Notes: a model not told the origin generated them from the sequence alone. DNA of 64,000 nt from Minisyncoccota bacterium (GCA_041658485.1 JBBAAE010000001.1:11889-75888), one strand, 5' to 3'; positions 9,680-18,887 are shown, numbered from the stretch's first letter. Numbers and translations are program-made.

Positions 9680-9868
9680 TCAGAAATACTGTTTACCGAC
9701 CGGCAGCGTTTCAGCTTCTTCTTTGTATCTCTTCTGATCCGCAGGAGAAAGTGCTCCTAGTTTTTCAAAAGCTCTAGTACGAAGCGCACGAATAGACTCC
9801 CCAAGACTGAGAATTTCTGCTACAGGATCTTGCTGACGAAAACTCCTTCTATCAGGATTTAGTGCCAT
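9680..9868 (-). CDS. Small hypothetical protein (62 aa)
   Basis: An ORF only. It lies between the terminator and the beta-CASP gene start. No homology recognised. Confidence 0.2.
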   Translation of the reverse strand: MALNPDRRSFRQQDPVAEILSLGESIRALRTRAFEKLGALSPADQKRYKEEAETLPVGKQYF

Positions 9869-9927
9869 TTTGAATTAAAAATTTTATTTCGTAACAAGTG
9901 CTTAGTCTATAAAAAAGCACTACTTTG

Positions 9928-11304
9928 TCAAACGAGAGGAATTTCGTATGTCTCACCCTCTCTCGGTACATCAACGGGAATATTAAGGAATCCTGCGATT
10001 CGTTGTGCTAAAAATGTCGCTGACTCTGTTTCCCCCAATATTACAAAAACATGCTTAGGGTTAACATTTTCAGCAAAGGTCATAAGATCATCTCTGTCGG
10101 CGTGTGCAGAAAATCCGTCCGTTGATAGTATTGTTGCTCGCACCTTAACTTCAACCCCATCTATATTTACTGTCCGTGCACCATCCTTCAATCTTCGTCC
10201 TAAACTCCCTGGCACCTGATAGCCCACAAGCAAGAGCGCGGTCGACTTCTGTGGAAGATACTTCGCCTCATGCCTTCTAATACGCCCACCGTGGCTCATA
10301 CCAGCCCCTGCGATGATTATTTTAGGACCGGGGTGTTTGTCTATTGCCTCCGACTCGTCTGGGTGGACACTCACTTTTAAACCTGGGAATGAAAATGGAT
10401 CGTCTCCGCCGAGAAGTCGAGCACGTATATCAGCACGAAGAAATTCTGGATGCTTTCTGTACACATCAGTTACTTTTGCAGCAAGAGGTGAATCCATAAA
10501 TACTGCTACTTCGGGAATAACGCCGTTAGTAATTGCCTTATCTAAAGAAGCAAGAATTATTTGTGTGCGTTCAAGTGAAAATGCAGGTATAAGAAGCGTA
10601 CCTTGGTTGACAATAATAGCTTTAACAGCTGACAAGAGTGCCTGCTCACTTTCTTCAAGTGAGCTGTGTGTTTTATTACCGTATACGCTTTCTGTTATAA
10701 GGTATTCCACATCGGCAGGCACTTCCCTATCGGGCACAAGAGCGGCAGGCACACGACCTAAATCTCCTGTAAACAAAATTTTCTTTCCAAAAATATCAAG
10801 AAGGATAGTGGCGGACCCTAAAATGTGTCCAGCATTGTGAAATGTTGCAGTAATTCCAGACGCAAGCTCTAATACTTTCCCATATGTTGCTTCATCAATG
10901 TATTCAACTGCCCGTATAACATCTTCAGTGGCGTACGGCGGATCATCGTTACACCGCTTTGCTTCGAGTGCGATTATCTTTACGGAGTCCTCAAGCATTA
11001 TTGGAATAAGCGCTTTAGTTGGGGCCGTTGCAAACGCACGGCCTGTAAAGCCATCCTTTATGAGCTTAGGGAATAATCCAATGTGATCAGCATGTGCATG
11101 CGTAAAAAATACAGCATTAATAGTTGCGGGGTCATATGCAAATGTTTCTCTATTTGTTGATTCGCAGAATCGTTCGCCTTGCGCGAGCCCACAATCAATA
11201 AGTATGCGTGTGGTAACCTCTCCGTTCTTTGCTTCTACCAGAAAATTTGAACCCGTGACACGCCTCGCACCTCGTGCAAACAAAATAGAAATCGATTTTC
11301 CCAT
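9928..11304 (-). CDS. MBL-fold beta-CASP family ribonuclease (RNase J / CPSF-like)
   Basis: 458 aa with the HAHADHIG metallo-beta-lactamase motif followed by beta-CASP-like and C-terminal RNA-metabolising domain architecture. Confidence 0.7.
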   Translation of the reverse strand: MGKSISILFARGARRVTGSNFLVEAKNGEVTTRILIDCGLAQGERFCESTNRETFAYDPATINAVFFTHAHADHIGLFPKLIKDGFTGRAFATAPTKALIPIMLEDSVKIIALEAKRCNDDPPYATEDVIRAVEYIDEATYGKVLELASGITATFHNAGHILGSATILLDIFGKKILFTGDLGRVPAALVPDREVPADVEYLITESVYGNKTHSSLEESEQALLSAVKAIIVNQGTLLIPAFSLERTQIILASLDKAITNGVIPEVAVFMDSPLAAKVTDVYRKHPEFLRADIRARLLGGDDPFSFPGLKVSVHPDESEAIDKHPGPKIIIAGAGMSHGGRIRRHEAKYLPQKSTALLLVGYQVPGSLGRRLKDGARTVNIDGVEVKVRATILSTDGFSAHADRDDLMTFAENVNPKHVFVILGETESATFLAQRIAGFLNIPVDVPREGETYEIPLV

Positions 11305-11391
11305 ACCTTGTATAGTAGCAAACGCATCTGTATATACATGAAAAAAATAAAACTCGCCAAGGACGCAAGCGCCTCGCGAGTCTATTGAGAA

Positions 11392-11545
11392 GGGTCACTG
11401 ACGGAGTATTAACCTTAGAGCCGAAGCTCCAGGTGGGTGCTCGCAACATCTCGTGCGTCGGATTCTCCGGAGAGATTCACCAGCATGGAGTGATATAAAG
11501 CTCCCTAAAGTTTTTCAACGAGGTTAATACTCCGTCACTAACCCC
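11392..11545. ncRNA. Candidate structured RNA or MITE-like element: ~150 nt enclosed by a 22-bp helix formed between a 5' arm and a 3' arm
   Basis: GGGTCACTGACGGAGTATTAACC(TT) at 11392-11416 pairs with GGTTAATACTCCGTCACTAACCCC at 11522-11545 (18 continuous bp plus 4 outer bp). The ~100-nt interior holds several local hairpins (GAGCcgaaGCTC, TCTCcggaGAGA). It sits in the 310-nt gap between the GNAT stop and the beta-CASP start. Identity unknown; I could not match SRP, 6S, tmRNA or RNase P. Confidence 0.3.
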
Positions 11546-11563
11546 TCCTTAAGCGTAGCACGC

Positions 11564-11600
11564 TGTCAGCTTACAGCTTATAGCTTATAGGTTTCAGCTT
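11564..11600. repeat. Short tandem repeat (CAGCTTA x3, then TTCAGCT x2)
   Basis: gtCAGCTTACAGCTTATAGCTTATAGgtTTCAGCTTTCAGgg, adjacent to the structured element. Confidence 0.5.
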
Positions 11601-11615
11601 TCAGGGAGGAAAAAT

Positions 11616-12065
11616 TCATTCCCTAAGCAAGGTCATCACAATTCTTGGCTCGCCATCCCCAAAATAATTCTCTTTGAGCTCGCCAACTTTAAATCCAAAT
11701 GATTTATAGAGATTTAAAGCTTTTATATTTTCTGGATGCGTCACCAGCCATACCACTGACCCAATCTCCACATTCGAAAGAATCCCCTCAACCGCTTCGC
11801 GCGCAATACCCTGCCCTTGAAACTGGGGATCAATAGCAAAATTGGAAAGATACATCTCCTTCTTATTTGTATCCTCGCACGAGATAAATCCCGCGATCCT
11901 TCCTTTGCTTCTTATTGAGTAGGTCTGGCCTTTTTTAATATGTATAGCGAGTGCCTGTGGATCTGTAAAAGTAGAGAATGCCTTACTCTGCACCTTTTTT
12001 CCTATCACGATATATTCGTCTATGTCCGCATCAGTGGCTGTTTCTAATGTGATTCTTTTTTCCAT
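11616..12065 (-). CDS. GNAT family N-acetyltransferase
   Basis: 149 aa with the acetyl-CoA-binding motif region QFQGQGIAREAV. Confidence 0.8.
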   Translation of the reverse strand: MEKRITLETATDADIDEYIVIGKKVQSKAFSTFTDPQALAIHIKKGQTYSIRSKGRIAGFISCEDTNKKEMYLSNFAIDPQFQGQGIAREAVEGILSNVEIGSVVWLVTHPENIKALNLYKSFGFKVGELKENYFGDGEPRIVMTLLRE

Positions 12066-12105
12066 TCTATAACTTTAAAGTTGAATTGACTTTGAAAAGT
12101 ACAAA

Positions 12106-12717
12106 CTATTCCATTATTCCATCCAAATTCACGTCGTAGAGAATCTGTTCCTGCACAATACGATATTTCAAAATCTCTTCAGGCTTGAACCATACGGCAA
12201 TTTCACGTGATGCTTCTTCAGGACTTTCAGAACAATGAACGAGGTTTCTGACGGCACGGCTTTGTACAGAAGAATGGTCATACGAGTCCACAGTGTAGTC
12301 ACCGCGGATAGTACCCACATCCGATGTCTTTGGCTCTGTTGCACCCACAAGCTTCTTCACAACGGCTACTGATTCATTCCCTTCAACAACCATCATGAGT
12401 ACAGGACCTGCGGTCATGAATTTCACTATTGAGTCTATTATTTCTTTACCGTACCCGAGCGCATCCTTCTCTATTGGCAGGTTGTGCGTGGTGCGGTCAT
12501 TTAATATTCGAGTTCCTTTTTCAAGAAACCACTTCTCATCTTTATTGTAGTGACGCACAAGTTGGTCTTCCGTGGCAAGGCCAAATTTGAATGCAACAAA
12601 TTTCAACCCTGTTCTCTCTATCCGCTTCATTATCTCGCCGATAAGCGAACGCTGTACTGCGTCAGGCTTCAATATAATGAGCGTGCGCTCATTCTCAAAT
12701 TGTGCATTAGTGTTCAT
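12106..12717 (-). CDS. ndk: Nucleoside diphosphate kinase with N-terminal extension and internal insertion
   Basis: ERTLIILKPDAV, GPVLMMVVEG, TIRGDY and NLVHCSES motifs of NDK. 203 aa against a typical ~140. Confidence 0.85.
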   Translation of the reverse strand: MNTNAQFENERTLIILKPDAVQRSLIGEIMKRIERTGLKFVAFKFGLATEDQLVRHYNKDEKWFLEKGTRILNDRTTHNLPIEKDALGYGKEIIDSIVKFMTAGPVLMMVVEGNESVAVVKKLVGATEPKTSDVGTIRGDYTVDSYDHSSVQSRAVRNLVHCSESPEEASREIAVWFKPEEILKYRIVQEQILYDVNLDGIME

Positions 12718-12740
12718 TCCCGCGACTATAGCATTAAGAG

Positions 12741-12851
12741 GCTTTAGTGGCTAGGGTTTAGCGTTTAGGGGAGAACGAATTGAAAAATCCTGATCCCTAC
12801 GAATCCGACGAAGCATCGTCTAAACCCTGACCACTAAACGCTAGCCCCTAG
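12741..12851. repeat. Pair of inverted G-triplet repeat units (GGGTTTAGCGTTTAGGG family) flanking a 47-nt spacer
   Basis: Left unit ctttagtggctagggtttagcgtttagggg (12741-12770); right unit ctaaaccctgaccactaaacgctagcccctagc (12819-12851). Lies between the TraD-like stop and the ndk start. Confidence 0.6.
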
Positions 12852-15733
12852 CTCTTCTGGTTCTCTCGCATCTGATTATACTTCTGGTGAATATCAGCCT
12901 CCACAGCTTCGCGGGCTCGACCGTAGCGTTGATACGAAATCTGTTTCAATGCATCAATGTTCAAGAAGTCGCCAGGGGTAAACGGGATAGTCTCAATAGT
13001 AAAACCAGGGGTAGGCTTTCCTCCAGCAAGGAGCTTTAAATATGAATGGAAGTTGTCAATTTTTAGGAAGTCGGAAACCTCAAAGTTTGGAAATTGTTTC
13101 GCAATATACTCAGCATCATCGGGACCTACACGAAACACTGCCATCGTACCAACGTTACCAAAGACCGCTTCTTTAATTTTTGGAAGGAGCTGAGAAACAT
13201 ACTGGTGCGCCATAGTCATAGAGAGACGGAATTTTCGTGCTTCTGAGAGAATTGTTGAAATAGTATCGGTCGTGATGTTCTGGAACTCGTCAATGTAGAG
13301 ATAGAAGTTTGGAGGATTCAAATGCAAATACTCAGTACGTGCAAGTGCAGTCATCATTATCTTTCCAACAATCACAAGTCCAATCAAGTTTGCATTTACG
13401 TCCCCCAGTCGGCCTTTGGACAAGTTCACAAGAAGAATCTTCTTGTTGTCCATAATATCCTTGAAATTAAAGGCCGATCGTTGCTGACCTATGATGGGGC
13501 GCATAATTTCATTTGCGATGAAGATATCGAATTTTGAGGTGATGTACGGAACCACGTTACGCAAATCTCCTTCTCCCCGCACATTTTCTGCAATGTCTTC
13601 CCAGAAGTGCGTTACCACGGGATTTTTACAGCGCGACAATTTCAATGCGCGGAACTCATCGTCAGCGAGTACTCGCGAAATATCCATGAGTGTCGAGCCA
13701 GTATCAGGATCTTCCAAAACAAGCATCGTGGCATTACGAAAATACTGCTCGAAAATAGGGCCGAACGCTTCTGGTACATCACCATATAATTTCTTGAAAA
13801 TCTTAAACATCTCGTCCACCACGAATGTTTTTTGTTCAGGGAAGCGTGGATCATACTCAAGCATATTGAGCCCCATTGGCCTTGCGGTATATGCAGGATC
13901 AAAATAAATGAGGTCGTCAATGCGATCTTTAGGAATACGGGAAAGAATCTCCAATACATCCACACCGTGTGGGTCAATAAAACACACCCCTTCCCCATTC
14001 TCAATGTCCTGAATAATCATATTCTTCAGGAAGTTCGTCTTACCAGTACCCGTTTGTCCAATGGTATACATGTGGCGCAGGCGATCATCTGGAGTGAAAT
14101 GAATTGGCGTTGCAATATTTGAGTAACGATTAATGCCGATGACAATGCCTTTCTCAGGAAGCCCTGGTGGTGCAGGAGCAAGCTTAGCGCTTGCAGTTTT
14201 GGCTTCACGAGATGCTGTACCTCCTGCAATAGTGAGATGAAAAATAGTTGAGAGCTCTGCCAAATTCATCGGCATGAGTGGAATCTTATGCATCAAAGGT
14301 GTTGGCGCAGCCTTGCGTGTCCATTCAAGCCACAGCTGATAGAAAAATCCTTCGTGTGCTTGACGGTCAAACATACGGAAAATGAACAAGCGGAGAAACT
14401 CCCGCAACTCCTTTCTACCTTTTATATGCTTAAAACGAAGGCGATTCGCTTTTGCATCTTCATACTGCCCAAAGGTATTTTCAAGTTCCGTCAAAATTGC
14501 CATTGCCCTCTCTTTGGTGCGAGCAGAGGCAACAATGCGTAAATTCACTCCCACAATGACACTCTTGAGCTTTTTTGACACTGCGTCAGCCGCAAAAGAA
14601 TCAATATTCTTACTATCATCCTTCTTTTTTTCTTCAGAGCTTTCCAAAAAACTAGTGAAGCCTTTGTTCAATCCCTGAAAAAATCGACGCATTGGTGAGT
14701 AATGCTCCATGTACATATTTTTTCGAAATATGTCATTCGCAGAACCCTTACCTTTATTAAGTTCGTCTAAAACATAGCGGATACGCTTAGAGTGATAGTC
14801 TCCTGCTGGTGCAACGGTAATTTGAAGCGCAGCCCCTTCACCTTCTTTAGTGATTTTTGAAAGTGCTGCGAGCGTCACATTCATAGGGTCGTGACTAAAC
14901 TCTTCTGATGTCTTTAAAGGAATTGGTGGCGGGCGCTGATAGTAAGCAGACGCTGCAACAGTCACACCAAATTGGTTAAAAAGATTGTAGTCATCTTTTT
15001 TTTCAACAATACGTGCGCGAGGAAACATGGCAAAAATCTGCTTTTCAAACGTTTCCCGTTTTGCTCGAGGAACTGACAAATAAAAGACCGCTTCCTCTTT
15101 AGTGTGCGAAACAGCAATTTCCATTGTGAAATGCTGAAGATGAATCTTTTTGCGCTTGTGCCAATCCTTCAGGAAAATTGTATCGGGGAGAGCAACAAAA
15201 GGAATCATGCTCAAATAAAACTGCTCCATCTGCATGCAAACATCCTTAAGAGACCCCCCTGGTTTCCCTGGCGCAGCTTCAGGTACGGCTATATCCAAGA
15301 GAACAAAATCAAGAGCTACAGCGAGTGGGTCATTAGCACTCAGCCCTGGGATTGGATGACCAGCTGTCCGGTATTGCACAAGCAGGCGATGGAAATCATC
15401 TTCAAGGTGGGGATTATCAATGCGATCGAGCTCCCTCATGACAGCCTTGAATCCTTGGGTATGCAAAATACCCAACAACTCCTCCATGTCTTTGTCGTTC
15501 GAGTCAGGTGTAAGTTCAAGAATGATGCCTTGCTTCTGCTCTTGCTCTACCCCCTCTGGTGCCTCCGAAAGTGTAGGGAGAACAGACGCTTCGACAGGTA
15601 AGGCCGGATCCCCTCGATGTCCCCTTCCCCCTCCACCCGAACGCGCGGTCTCACGCAACTTCGTCAGTTGATGCTCAGGCGAAAGTTTCGCTGCTTTTGT
15701 ATCAATTCCTTTATTAGGATTAAATCCTGGCAT
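12848..15733 (-). CDS. TraD/VirD4/TrwB-like (FtsK-HerA superfamily) P-loop ATPase with a large N-terminal domain of unknown function
   Basis: 961 aa. Walker A YTIGQTGTGKTNFLKNM, Walker B LYIDEFQNI, then ARKFRLSMTMAHQYVSQL typical of type IV secretion coupling / DNA-translocation ATPases. The N-terminal ~500 aa have no recognisable similarity and no N-terminal transmembrane helices. Confidence 0.6.
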   Translation of the reverse strand: MPGFNPNKGIDTKAAKLSPEHQLTKLRETARSGGGGRGHRGDPALPVEASVLPTLSEAPEGVEQEQKQGIILELTPDSNDKDMEELLGILHTQGFKAVMRELDRIDNPHLEDDFHRLLVQYRTAGHPIPGLSANDPLAVALDFVLLDIAVPEAAPGKPGGSLKDVCMQMEQFYLSMIPFVALPDTIFLKDWHKRKKIHLQHFTMEIAVSHTKEEAVFYLSVPRAKRETFEKQIFAMFPRARIVEKKDDYNLFNQFGVTVAASAYYQRPPPIPLKTSEEFSHDPMNVTLAALSKITKEGEGAALQITVAPAGDYHSKRIRYVLDELNKGKGSANDIFRKNMYMEHYSPMRRFFQGLNKGFTSFLESSEEKKKDDSKNIDSFAADAVSKKLKSVIVGVNLRIVASARTKERAMAILTELENTFGQYEDAKANRLRFKHIKGRKELREFLRLFIFRMFDRQAHEGFFYQLWLEWTRKAAPTPLMHKIPLMPMNLAELSTIFHLTIAGGTASREAKTASAKLAPAPPGLPEKGIVIGINRYSNIATPIHFTPDDRLRHMYTIGQTGTGKTNFLKNMIIQDIENGEGVCFIDPHGVDVLEILSRIPKDRIDDLIYFDPAYTARPMGLNMLEYDPRFPEQKTFVVDEMFKIFKKLYGDVPEAFGPIFEQYFRNATMLVLEDPDTGSTLMDISRVLADDEFRALKLSRCKNPVVTHFWEDIAENVRGEGDLRNVVPYITSKFDIFIANEIMRPIIGQQRSAFNFKDIMDNKKILLVNLSKGRLGDVNANLIGLVIVGKIMMTALARTEYLHLNPPNFYLYIDEFQNITTDTISTILSEARKFRLSMTMAHQYVSQLLPKIKEAVFGNVGTMAVFRVGPDDAEYIAKQFPNFEVSDFLKIDNFHSYLKLLAGGKPTPGFTIETIPFTPGDFLNIDALKQISYQRYGRAREAVEADIHQKYNQMRENQKS

Positions 15734-15933
15734 GTCTCTCAGTATAACTCCTCTCTCGTACTGTTTTTGGCGAATCGCTCAGTGTCTCCTGCGGACACCT
15801 TGCTCGTCCTCAACTGGATTCAGCTTCTCGCTGACCAAGCAATCCAGTTTGCGGATGTTCGCCAAAAACAGCACTCGCTCTGTAAGAAAAAAGTCGTGAC
15901 TCTAAAGGCAGTGCCGATATGCACACCGAAACA

Positions 15934-16485
15934 CTAAGGGGCAGTGAGTCCTACATACTTCAGTATCTCAAATGCACCACGAGTAATCGATGAACCATCT
16001 GCCCCTACACTGAGTAATGCTTTTTTCAAAACTAACCTACCTTGTTCGTCAAAGACTCCAATTTCAGTGCCTGTAGTCTCAAACCAACATGCTATCCCGG
16101 CTTTTTCGCCCTCGAAAAGCGGCCACTCTGGAACACCTATTTCTGCACATGCACCCGCATACGCTCCGACGAAATATTCTTTACGATTCAGAGAAACTGC
16201 TACGTTCATAAGTGGGGCTCCGGAAGAATTTTTACTACCCGAATCACTGACAATCCAGTTGTATACAGGGGTTTCACACTGAGCAAATTCACAGGCGGGC
16301 CCCATCCGTCCAACAGTGCTCCCGTCTGGACAGATTTTCGCTTCTTCAGTACATACACTCGTATGTGGCACAACAGTAGTGGGAATACGGGCAAAAAAGA
16401 ACCAAGCACTGATAACCCCAACACATATAATTACACCAAAGAAAGCCCACTGAAACTTTGCCGACATCATACTAGTGTAACTCAA
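15934..16485 (-). CDS. Hypothetical membrane-anchored Cys-containing extracytoplasmic protein
   Basis: 183 aa, N-terminal hydrophobic helix (FFGVIICVGVISAWFFFA), eight Cys in the predicted extracytoplasmic part. No family recognised. Immediately upstream of the TraD-like gene. Confidence 0.5.
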   Translation of the reverse strand: MSYTSMMSAKFQWAFFGVIICVGVISAWFFFARIPTTVVPHTSVCTEEAKICPDGSTVGRMGPACEFAQCETPVYNWIVSDSGSKNSSGAPLMNVAVSLNRKEYFVGAYAGACAEIGVPEWPLFEGEKAGIACWFETTGTEIGVFDEQGRLVLKKALLSVGADGSSITRGAFEILKYVGLTAP

Positions 16486-16493
16486 ATAGAGAA

Positions 16494-16524
16494 TACAAAA
16501 AAAGGCGCCGACGGCGCCTTTTAG
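16494..16524. terminator. Bidirectional rho-independent terminator (GGCGCCgacGGCGCC)
   Basis: aaaaaaaGGCGCCGACGGCGCCtttt. Confidence 0.65.
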
Positions 16525-16707
16525 GTAGGTTATTTTTTCTTATCTTTCTTTGGTTTCTTTTTATCTTTACGATGTGTTTCTCCTTTTGCCATAGAGTATG
16601 CGATTTAGCGAAATCGTGTCGGGCACTCGATTCAGTAGAATCGTGTCGTGTACTATCCTTTGGAACACGACTTGAAGCCCGACCCTTTAAATAATGTTTT
16701 TATACTA

Positions 16708-16884
16708 TCATGTCTTTACTATTACCTTCTTACCATGACAGACACTACATATGAGCGACATATGTTGCCAGTCGCCATTTTGTTTTCTGTATCCGCGATC
16801 CTCAGTACCCCACCCGTTGCACCGTGGACATTTTTCTTCGGTAGAACCTAAAACTATCTCTCTTCCTAAGCCTTTAAAAACCAT
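16708..16884 (-). CDS. Small (59 aa) DnaJ-type CxxCxGxG zinc-finger protein (candidate)
   Basis: An internal Met of the track ORF 16708-16998 starts 13 nt after the map stop, with an AAGAG Shine-Dalgarno-like sequence upstream. It carries CPRCNGWG...(20 aa)...CSVCHGKK. The longer track ORF overlaps map out of frame. Confidence 0.3.
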   Translation of the reverse strand: MVFKGLGREIVLGSTEEKCPRCNGWGTEDRGYRKQNGDWQHMSLICSVCHGKKVIVKT

Positions 16885-16897
16885 ACAATCTCTTGCT

Positions 16898-17662
16898 CTA
16901 AAGCTCTGTAAGAATTCGATGACCATTCTCGGTAATAAGAATAGTGTGTTCGAAGTGTGCGGCGCGCGAACCATCTTTTGTGACAAACGTATAACCATCT
17001 TTTAAAAGTTTCACGCGGGGGGTGCCTTCTGTAAACATAGGCTCAATTGCAATAACAAGTCCTGGTGTTAATGGTGCCCCAGTCCCAGCATCCCCAACAT
17101 TTGGCACATACGGCTCTTCATGGACAGAGTTCCCCACTCCGTGTCCTCCAAGTTCAAAGACAATACCATACCCGCGTTTGACGCCCACCATTTCAATAGC
17201 AGAACTTATGTCTCCTATATACCCACCTGGTTTCGCCATTTTAATACCCGCCATGAGAGCTTCCTTCGTTGCATCCAATAGTGCCTTTGCGCCCATGTCC
17301 CCCTTCCCTGCAATAACCGTGAGTGCGCTATCTACCAGTAAGCCTTGATGTGTGAGCACACAATCAAGTCCAACAATATCGCCTTCTTTAATAATGCTAG
17401 GGTTTTCATTTGGGATACCGTGCACCACCTCATCGTTAATTGAAATACAGATGGTCGCAGGGTACGGGCGTGTTGCTCCCCGCGGAGTATATCCAACCAA
17501 CGACGGCACATCACCGAAGTCTCGAATCATTTTCTCCGCAAGAGCATTGAGAGTGTCGGTTGATACTCCCGGGACTACCGCCTTACCAACAGCCGTTAAT
17601 ACTGCTGCGAGATGTTTCCCGCCTTCCCGAAGAATTGGAATATCTTTTTTTGTTGCAATCAT
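16898..17662 (-). CDS. map: Methionine aminopeptidase type I
   Basis: 254 aa with the metal-binding blocks of MetAP (DIVGLDCV, HGIPNE, FVTKDGSRAAHFEHT). Confidence 0.9.
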   Translation of the reverse strand: MIATKKDIPILREGGKHLAAVLTAVGKAVVPGVSTDTLNALAEKMIRDFGDVPSLVGYTPRGATRPYPATICISINDEVVHGIPNENPSIIKEGDIVGLDCVLTHQGLLVDSALTVIAGKGDMGAKALLDATKEALMAGIKMAKPGGYIGDISSAIEMVGVKRGYGIVFELGGHGVGNSVHEEPYVPNVGDAGTGAPLTPGLVIAIEPMFTEGTPRVKLLKDGYTFVTKDGSRAAHFEHTILITENGHRILTEL

Positions 17663-17671
17663 TCTGTGGAG

Positions 17672-18253
17672 CTATTTCAAAACCTCTGCTACTTTTTTCA
17701 TTACTTCTTCATGCACTTCCGTAGGTGTTTGTTCACCGTTTATATCGATACATTTGCCCAATTGTTGGAAATATTCAATAGCTGGTTTCGTAAGACGATT
17801 ATACTCAGCGAGGCGCATACGGATAACAGACTCATCCTTGTCAGTTGAGTCACGGCCACGGAGAAGTGAGCGTTTTACTACTTCATCTTCACTGACATCC
17901 AAATTCAATACGGTGTATGAACGTCCCAGCCATGTACACACTTCATCAATGACTTTTGCTTGTTCAACATCACGTCCCGATCCTTCAAATATTGCGCCCT
18001 TTTCTGGAGCTAGCTTAAACAAAAACTCCTCGAGCATGTAATTAGCAACCCACGAAGGCATGAGAAGACCTTTTTCATAATCTGCCTTAATGCGATTACC
18101 TAACAGTGAACCTGATGCAACAATTTCACGAAACTTTCCTCCCGTACTAAACACGGTATACCCAAGCTTCTCTGCAAGTTGAACGCACTGCGTTTCTTTC
18201 CCAGAAGCAATACGCCCCACGAAGAAAAATAAATGTTTCTGCTGTGTATCCAT
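17672..18253 (-). CDS. adk: Adenylate kinase
   Basis: 193 aa with a P-loop GRIASGKETQ, LMPSWVANYMLEEF and GSGRDVEQA, in the secY-adk-map position of the spc operon. Confidence 0.8.
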   Translation of the reverse strand: MDTQQKHLFFFVGRIASGKETQCVQLAEKLGYTVFSTGGKFREIVASGSLLGNRIKADYEKGLLMPSWVANYMLEEFLFKLAPEKGAIFEGSGRDVEQAKVIDEVCTWLGRSYTVLNLDVSEDEVVKRSLLRGRDSTDKDESVIRMRLAEYNRLTKPAIEYFQQLGKCIDINGEQTPTEVHEEVMKKVAEVLK

Positions 18254-18264
18254 GAATACCTATA

Positions 18265-18837
18265 TTAACCTGCAATAAGAGATTCTACGACTTCTGCAAA
18301 ACGTTTTTTAGCAGCATCCACTTCTCCCGAATGGTTTTCAATAACAAAATCAGCCTCGGACATAAAATTCATCTCATCTTGATATCGTTCTTTTCTTTTC
18401 CCTAGTTCCGTTTCCGATATTGGTGCACGAGCCCGAATCCGAGCCTCCATTTCACTCCATGAACCAGCATTCACGAAAATAACAGCTAATTCTTCTTTAG
18501 GGATTTTCTTTTGCAATTGTCGAACTCCTTGTACTTCAAGTTCTTTGAGTGCAGTCATACCTCCGTCTAGCAGTGGCATAACTTCGGATGCAAGCGTGCC
18601 GTAAAAATGCCCACCATATTCTGCCCACTCTAAAAAATCACCACTCTCGATGCGGGACTGAAACTCCTCGCGAGAAAGAAAATAATAGTGCTCGCCATGC
18701 TTCTCGTTCGCACGCATGGAACGAGTTGTTGAAGACTTTGGATATTGAAGCGCTGGGAATAGAGGGCGGATATGATTAATAAGCGTTCCTTTTCCAGAAC
18801 CAGATGGACCAATAACGAGTATGAATTTCCCTTTCAT
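18265..18837 (-). CDS. gmk: Guanylate kinase
   Basis: GPSGSGKGTL...SSTTRSMRANEKHGEHYYFLSREEF...FLEWAEYGGHFYGT. Confidence 0.85.
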   Translation of the reverse strand: MKGKFILVIGPSGSGKGTLINHIRPLFPALQYPKSSTTRSMRANEKHGEHYYFLSREEFQSRIESGDFLEWAEYGGHFYGTLASEVMPLLDGGMTALKELEVQGVRQLQKKIPKEELAVIFVNAGSWSEMEARIRARAPISETELGKRKERYQDEMNFMSEADFVIENHSGEVDAAKKRFAEVVESLIAG

Positions 18838-18864
18838 ATTTTTGCTATTTAGAAGCTACACACA

Positions 18865-18883
18865 AACGCTAGCCACTAAACCT
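18865..18883. repeat. G-triplet intergenic repeat unit (AAACGCTAGCCACTAAACC)
   Basis: Lies in the 50-nt spacer between the secY stop and the gmk start. Confidence 0.5.
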
Positions 18884-18887
18884 TGTC

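Noticed and set aside
16531-16593. 20-codon Lys-rich ORF (MAKGETHRKDKKKPKKDKKK) immediately followed by a strong terminator
   Set aside because: It has no Shine-Dalgarno sequence and no known family, and low-complexity poly-Lys arises easily from an A-rich stretch. Noted only because of the adjacent terminator.
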